64,000 nucleotides of DNA, taken from Candidatus Micrarchaeota archaeon. GTDB lineage: Archaea > Micrarchaeota > Micrarchaeia > Micrarchaeales > CABMGC01. The stretch covers positions 1,438 through 65,437 of the forward strand of contig JAJZZD010000005.1 in NCBI GenBank assembly GCA_021797745.1. The letters run 5' to 3'. Below, piece by piece: positions 59,245-64,000 of the stretch; the first letter of the stretch is position 1, and each line of letters starts with the position of its first letter. The position numbers and the translations under genes were made by a program. Below the pieces are notes generated by a model, which worked only from the letters and a program-made list of their open reading frames with translations, ran no database searches and was not told the DNA's origin.

Positions 59245-59705
59245 CAAATCACTATTTTTGCGAATTTCTTCAGCACCAGCACGCTTCCCGTCACTGCAGC
59301 AAACATAAGCAGCATCGCTGCGTACAATAACATATAACTGCCTGAGAATGCCGATTCTGCTCCGGACTGTACGTTGCTGGGATAAACTGCATTGTATGCT
59401 GGACCCAGCGACACGGCGAAATACGCTAAAATCGCAAATATCACAGAGAATAATACGAGAAATTTTGCATGCATAGCACCCTGGCTTTTCCAATTCTTTT
59501 CCTCTGTAGCTACTGCGATTATCAGAAAAGTAGCCAAACCGCCGGTGAACACAAGGAGCTGCAAAAGAGCAATCAATTCCTGGCCGAGCAGCGCAAAAAT
59601 TATTGCGCTTCCCACGCTTGCGAGCGCGAAGAAAATAATGGCATAGATGAGCTTTCTGCTCATAACTACGAAAATGCCGCTGCTTACCGTGAGTGCAGCA
59701 AACAC
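59244..59705 (-). CDS. nuoJ: Complex I subunit J (start uncertain)
   Basis: ELIALLQLLVFTGG; operon position. Confidence 0.85.
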   Translation of the reverse strand: MFAALTVSSGIFVVMSRKLIYAIIFFALASVGSAIIFALLGQELIALLQLLVFTGGLATFLIIAVATEEKNWKSQGAMHAKFLVLFSVIFAILAYFAVSLGPAYNAVYPSNVQSGAESAFSGSYMLLYAAMLLMFAAVTGSVLVLKKFAKIVI

Positions 59706-59736
59706 AAGCAGGCTTATCTCATTTTCAAGTATAAAA

Positions 59737-60102
59737 TCATCCCTGAAGCTCTTCAGGCCTTTTTACGTAATCCCTTTTGTCATATGCTTCGAGCTCATAG
59801 CCCTTCGTGAGCGTAAGGCACTTAGTGGGGCACACCTCCTCGCACAGGCCGCAGAACAGGCATCTTTCAATCCCTATCTGCGGAAATTTCTTCTCGCCTT
59901 TGTCAGTCAGTGCATCTACCATGTCTATTGTTTTGTTAGGGCATATCCTCTCGCACGCAGCGCAGTTTATGCACGTAGGCATGTCGAGCCTGAACATGTA
60001 CTTTTCCCTGTCGCTCATAGAATCCCTTTCCTCAGGGAATTCGAGCGTGAAGCGCTTTTCGGCAATGCTTTTTGCGGTTTTGGCCAACGGTTCTAATATC
60101 AT
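59737..60102 (-). CDS. nuoI: Complex I subunit I (2x[4Fe-4S])
   Basis: CINCAACERICP and CLFCGLCEEVCP. Confidence 0.93.
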   Translation of the reverse strand: MILEPLAKTAKSIAEKRFTLEFPEERDSMSDREKYMFRLDMPTCINCAACERICPNKTIDMVDALTDKGEKKFPQIGIERCLFCGLCEEVCPTKCLTLTKGYELEAYDKRDYVKRPEELQG

Positions 60103-60171
60103 ATCAGCAACCTGTATTTTTTCAATTTGTGTCTTAATTTGTGTCTTAATTTATATCTTGATTTTAAATTT

Positions 60172-61206
60172 TTATTTCACGAATATTATGAATGTAAGTA
60201 TTAAATTAACGAGAGCAAGAGGCAGAAGCGCCATCCAACCGATGCGCAGCAGCCTGTCAAGCCTCATCCTCACCATCGTAGCGCGTATAACTATTATCAC
60301 CAGCGCAATCGCCACGCTTTTTGCCAGAAGCCAGAAAATCGGCGGCAGCAATCCCGGCCCGCTCCAACCGCCAAGGAAGAGCATCGTTATCACCAGGCTT
60401 CCCAGGAACATGCGGGTGTAATCTATGAACAGCGCAAGCGAGAAATACGGCGCGCTCACGTCAGTCAGCCATCCTGCTATCAGTTCCGAATCAGCTTCGC
60501 GTATGTCGAACGGCGGCCTCTCGAATTCCGCAAGCATCGCAATGAAAAAAGTTGCAAAACCTATTGGCATCAGCAATACATACCAGTGCGTGGCAGCCTG
60601 CGCCGCTATTATCTCCACAAGGTTGTAACTGCCCGACAGCATCGCTACTGACGCAATTATTATAAGCAGCGGTATCTCGTAGCTTACGAGCATCACAACA
60701 GAGCGCTCTGCGCTTATAGCTGCGAATTTATTGCCGCTAGCGAATCCGTTTATGAATATTATTATCGGCATGAAAGCCAGAGCCACAAAAATTACCAGAA
60801 GCCCGAATCCCAGGTTGGCAACTGTCAAAGACTGCGAGAAAGGGAGCAGAAGTATTATGAATATCGAAATGGCAAGCATCAGAACGATTGTGAATGAAAA
60901 AATGAATTTCTTTGCATTCCTCGGCGCGTAGTTGGATTTGGCGATGAGCTTTATGAGGTCTGCAAGATTCTGCAGTATCCCATATTTTCCCACCTTCGTG
61001 GGGCCGTGGCGCGACTGCGCCTTTGCCATAATTTTCCTCTCTGCCCACCCGAACATATAGTCAAATACGGTGATCAGCACCACTACCAATACTGCATAAA
61101 CTATCACTGCAAGCAGAGAAACCCACATATTGCCTGAGTTTAGCCACGAGCCTAAGCTATACACAATCCCGAAAAACATGCCCGGCAACAAGCTACCTGT
61201 CAACAT
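60172..61206 (-). CDS. nuoH: Complex I subunit H
   Basis: ERKIMAKAQSRHGP, ADLIKL, SYEIP, RPPFDIREADSEL, RMRLD. Confidence 0.93.
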   Translation of the reverse strand: MLTGSLLPGMFFGIVYSLGSWLNSGNMWVSLLAVIVYAVLVVVLITVFDYMFGWAERKIMAKAQSRHGPTKVGKYGILQNLADLIKLIAKSNYAPRNAKKFIFSFTIVLMLAISIFIILLLPFSQSLTVANLGFGLLVIFVALAFMPIIIFINGFASGNKFAAISAERSVVMLVSYEIPLLIIIASVAMLSGSYNLVEIIAAQAATHWYVLLMPIGFATFFIAMLAEFERPPFDIREADSELIAGWLTDVSAPYFSLALFIDYTRMFLGSLVITMLFLGGWSGPGLLPPIFWLLAKSVAIALVIIVIRATMVRMRLDRLLRIGWMALLPLALVNLILTFIIFVK

Positions 61207-62284
61207 CTGCCATCACAACGTCCAAACTTCCCAGTATCGCGAACATGTCTGCAAATCTTTCGCCTTTGCAAAGCTCGCTTAGTGCGAATAGATTTATGAA
61301 TGCTGGCGCGCGTATCGCTAGCCTGTACGGCCTCTGCGGGTCAGCTACAAGGTACATAAGCGCCTCGCCCCTAGGCGTTTCCCTGCTTACCTTTGAGATC
61401 CTGTTCTTTGCGGCCGGCATTATTAATTTTATCGGCAAGCCAATTGCGTCGCCGCCAGGCAAAAGTTTCACCGCATACCTGACCATCCTGAGGCTTTCTT
61501 TTATTTCAAGCATTCTTACCTTGTACCGTGCAAAGCAGTCGCCCTCGTCCCTTATCTGCGGAGAAAAATGTAATTTATCGTAAACATAATATGGCTTGTC
61601 TTTTCGCGTATCCCAACCTATCCCAGAACCCCTGAGCACAGGTCCAGTAACTCCGAGCTCTATTGCGGCGTCCCTTTTCAGCACCCCCACCTTTTTCATT
61701 CTCTCCAGGAATACTGGGTTTTTTTCTAGGAATTTTTCATATTCAGGGATGCGTTTTTCAAGGTACGAAACCACTTCCAGGGTTTTTTCCTCGAATCCGG
61801 CCGGAATGTCAGATTTCAGTCCTCCGATTCTCATGTTTACGTAGAACATTCTTGAGCCCGACACATCCTCCAGCAGCCTTAGTACGAGGTCTCTGTCGCG
61901 GAAGCACCACATGAACAGCGTGAAGAAATTGCCTATGTCGTTCGCCAGGGTTCCGAGCCAAAGCAAATGGCTGGCAACTCTCTGCAACTCCAGAAGTATC
62001 ACGCGTATGTACTGGGCGCGCTCTTTCACCTCAGCGCCCTGTGCTGCTTCGACTGCCGCGACATAAGCTTCGTCGTAGGCAAGAGGCGCTATGTAGTCCA
62101 GTTTCTCCATGTATGTAGGGGACTGCATGTACATCCTGTTCTCCACCAGTTTCTCCACGCCTCTGTGCAAAAACCCTACGTGGGGCTCGACGCTCTGTAT
62201 GGTGTCGCCATCAACGTCCACTACAAGCCTCAGAACGCCGTGTGTGCTTGGGTGTATCGGTCCTACGTTTATCCTTGTTACCAT
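61193..62284 (-). CDS. nuoD: Complex I subunit D
   Basis: GPIHPSTHGVLRL, HRGVEK, LDY, ETPRGE, DVVMADVDR; no NiFe CxxC motifs. Confidence 0.95.
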   Translation of the reverse strand: MVTRINVGPIHPSTHGVLRLVVDVDGDTIQSVEPHVGFLHRGVEKLVENRMYMQSPTYMEKLDYIAPLAYDEAYVAAVEAAQGAEVKERAQYIRVILLELQRVASHLLWLGTLANDIGNFFTLFMWCFRDRDLVLRLLEDVSGSRMFYVNMRIGGLKSDIPAGFEEKTLEVVSYLEKRIPEYEKFLEKNPVFLERMKKVGVLKRDAAIELGVTGPVLRGSGIGWDTRKDKPYYVYDKLHFSPQIRDEGDCFARYKVRMLEIKESLRMVRYAVKLLPGGDAIGLPIKLIMPAAKNRISKVSRETPRGEALMYLVADPQRPYRLAIRAPAFINLFALSELCKGERFADMFAILGSLDVVMADVDR

Positions 62285-62312
62285 TTTTTTTCACATTTTC
62301 AGTTTGCCAGAT

Positions 62313-62684
62313 TCATGTTTCGTAATCGGCACCCCACTCGAAATTCTTTTTGAGTGGAGCCGCCTTCCCGTTCCACTTCTCCAAAAGAAGCCTGCCCGCC
62401 CGCCTGCCTTTTACCTCTATGCCGAACATCTCCTGCATTTCGCGTTCGTACCAGTCTGCGGCCCTGTAAATGTCCATTACTGTTGAAATTGACGAATCCG
62501 AAGCATCTATGTCTACTTCAAGCTCCTGTTCTGCGTTTTTCTTGAGGTCTCTGATGATGTAAATTACAGTGAGATATTTCACGTAGTCTACTGCCGTTAT
62601 CTTGACGAGATAGCTGTAACCATCTTTCTTCAGCTCTTTCAGCTTCGCATGCAAATCGTTCTTTTCAATCTTCAATTTTACCAT
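62313..62684 (-). CDS. nuoC: Complex I subunit C
   Basis: ITAVDY, ADWYEREMQEMFGI, PLKKNF. Confidence 0.9.
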   Translation of the reverse strand: MVKLKIEKNDLHAKLKELKKDGYSYLVKITAVDYVKYLTVIYIIRDLKKNAEQELEVDIDASDSSISTVMDIYRAADWYEREMQEMFGIEVKGRRAGRLLLEKWNGKAAPLKKNFEWGADYET

Positions 62685-63225
62685 CTATCTTATTCTGCAG
62701 TTTCAAAAACGCCGTGAAAAGATTCTCGGGCTTCGGCGGACAGCCGGCAACATACACATCTACTGGCATCACCTGGTCTATTCCCTTGATTATGTTATAG
62801 CTTTCCCACCACGGTCCGCCGCACGTCGCGCATTCACCATAGGAAATCACGTACTTCGGGCTTAGCATCTGCTCATACATCCTTTTTATTTCCGGTATCA
62901 TCGATTTGGTTATCCAGCCGGCTACTATCATCACGTCGCTCTGCCTGGGTGTGCCGCGGAACAATAGATAGCCACCCCGCTCTGCGTCTATTCTCGGCGA
63001 GCCGAAATCGAAAAGCTCCATTGCGCAGCAGGCGAGTCCGAACTGCATTGGCCAAAGCGAGCTTCGGCGCGACCACTGGACAACGCCCTTAGATATTGCT
63101 GCGGTTATGTCAGACAGCTTCCCGAATAGGACATTTGGCTTGATGCCATATTTCTGCATTGACTGAGACGTAAGCCTGCTCATCTCCTGTTCTGCATTCA
63201 GGAACTCCTCTTCAGTGTAATCCAT
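62665..63225 (-). CDS. nuoB: Complex I subunit B
   Basis: GLACCAME, PRQSDVMIVAG, GECATCGG, VDVYVAGCPP. Confidence 0.95.
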   Translation of the reverse strand: MDYTEEEFLNAEQEMSRLTSQSMQKYGIKPNVLFGKLSDITAAISKGVVQWSRRSSLWPMQFGLACCAMELFDFGSPRIDAERGGYLLFRGTPRQSDVMIVAGWITKSMIPEIKRMYEQMLSPKYVISYGECATCGGPWWESYNIIKGIDQVMPVDVYVAGCPPKPENLFTAFLKLQNKIDGKIED

Positions 63226-63229
63226 GTTT

Positions 63230-63601
63230 TCACCATGCAGCATGCTGCGCGCTTTTAGCCCTTGCGATTGCGAGCACAGCAAACGCAAACGCCAGGCCCA
63301 CAACAGGTATCATCAATATCAAAATGCTGTCAACTTCAGCCATCGCCCCTGCGAACGTCGACCATATCAGCAGAATTGCTGTTATTATTTCAAATGTCAG
63401 AAACAGCGGGAAAAAAACAAGGTACTCGTTCATGATTCCTGTTTTTATGCCGACGCTCTCCTCCCCGCTCTCGTAGTTTTCTTCCTGAACTGCGTTAGGT
63501 GCGGTCTTTTGCCTTATTAATTTGGAGAAAGCGAGTATGCTTATCGGTACCAGCAGTGCGATTGCGGCGAAAACCAAAACAACGACATATTCTGAGAGCA
63601 T
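63230..63601 (-). CDS. nuoA: Complex I subunit A
   Basis: YESGE, FLTFEI; 3 TM segments. Confidence 0.88.
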   Translation of the reverse strand: MLSEYVVVLVFAAIALLVPISILAFSKLIRQKTAPNAVQEENYESGEESVGIKTGIMNEYLVFFPLFLTFEIITAILLIWSTFAGAMAEVDSILILMIPVVGLAFAFAVLAIARAKSAQHAAW

Positions 63602-63685
63602 GCCAATAGTTGGCAGTAAATGTTAATATACTATAACGCCAGAGTTTATCGTGAATCTGAGAATGCGCATTCACGTTGATTTTTT

Positions 63686-63952
63686 ATGGAAAACATACCT
63701 GAAAAAGCAAGGCAGGTTCTGAAAGATGGGTTCATAAAGGAAAGGGTAAATCGGGGGGGCATGTTCCAGCAGGTAACGTTCAGGATAATAAACAAAGTCA
63801 ACGGCAACCTGACTTATGCGATACTGCATACCGATAAAACAATAGATGTGAGCGAGCTGAACAGGATGGCTGAGCAGATAGGGCTGCCAGTTGAGGCGCA
63901 GAACGCAACCGCTTTTCCAAAAGGGAAATCTGCCACTGATTTCCGCGTATAA
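63686..63952 (+). CDS. Hypothetical protein
   Basis: 88-aa ORF divergent from nuoA. Confidence 0.55.
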   Translation: MENIPEKARQVLKDGFIKERVNRGGMFQQVTFRIINKVNGNLTYAILHTDKTIDVSELNRMAEQIGLPVEAQNATAFPKGKSATDFRV

Positions 63953-64000
63953 ATGCGTTATTTCATATGCTGCTTTTTGTGTACTTGAAGTAGCTTGAAA

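Noticed and set aside
58939..59493. 184-aa version of nuoK, and similarly extended nuoB, COG1395 and COG2403 ORFs in the track
   Set aside because: The extensions overlap neighbouring genes or promoters; downstream ATGs match family N-termini.
61193..63225. Group 4 NiFe hydrogenase
   Set aside because: The large subunit lacks both CxxC Ni-binding motifs and has NuoD signatures.

Overview
Chromosomal segment of a DPANN archaeon, most likely Micrarchaeota (ARMAN-like). The evidence is a ~390-aa three-unit (epsilon2-type) tRNA splicing endonuclease, archaeal information-processing genes (RadA, TFE, GINS, PriS, aIF2a, Dph5, Pth2, the uL3-uL29/SUI1 cluster) and bacterial-type gyrase. Core genes dominate. 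Six tRNAs are present, two with BHB/BHL introns. Energy genes include an 11-subunit complex I (no NuoEFG, nuoM relocated), PPDK and a COG2403/ArcE-like enzyme. No CRISPR array or intact mobile element is visible. The best candidate for an undescribed system is a 928-aa polytopic membrane protein fused to two intact AAA+ modules, followed by a co-oriented membrane gene. Other observations: a SemiSWEET gene between two intron-containing tRNAs whose frame runs into tRNA-Asp and stops in its intron; a probable integrative-element relic at tRNA-Asp, the only tRNA here with an encoded CCA; three decayed pseudogenes; microsatellite-like A/C spacers inside conserved operons; a recurrent intergenic TGCCGC motif; resistance-type gyrase QRDR residues; and Lys-rich extensions on TFE and uL22. 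All calls come from motif recognition by eye. No database searches were run.
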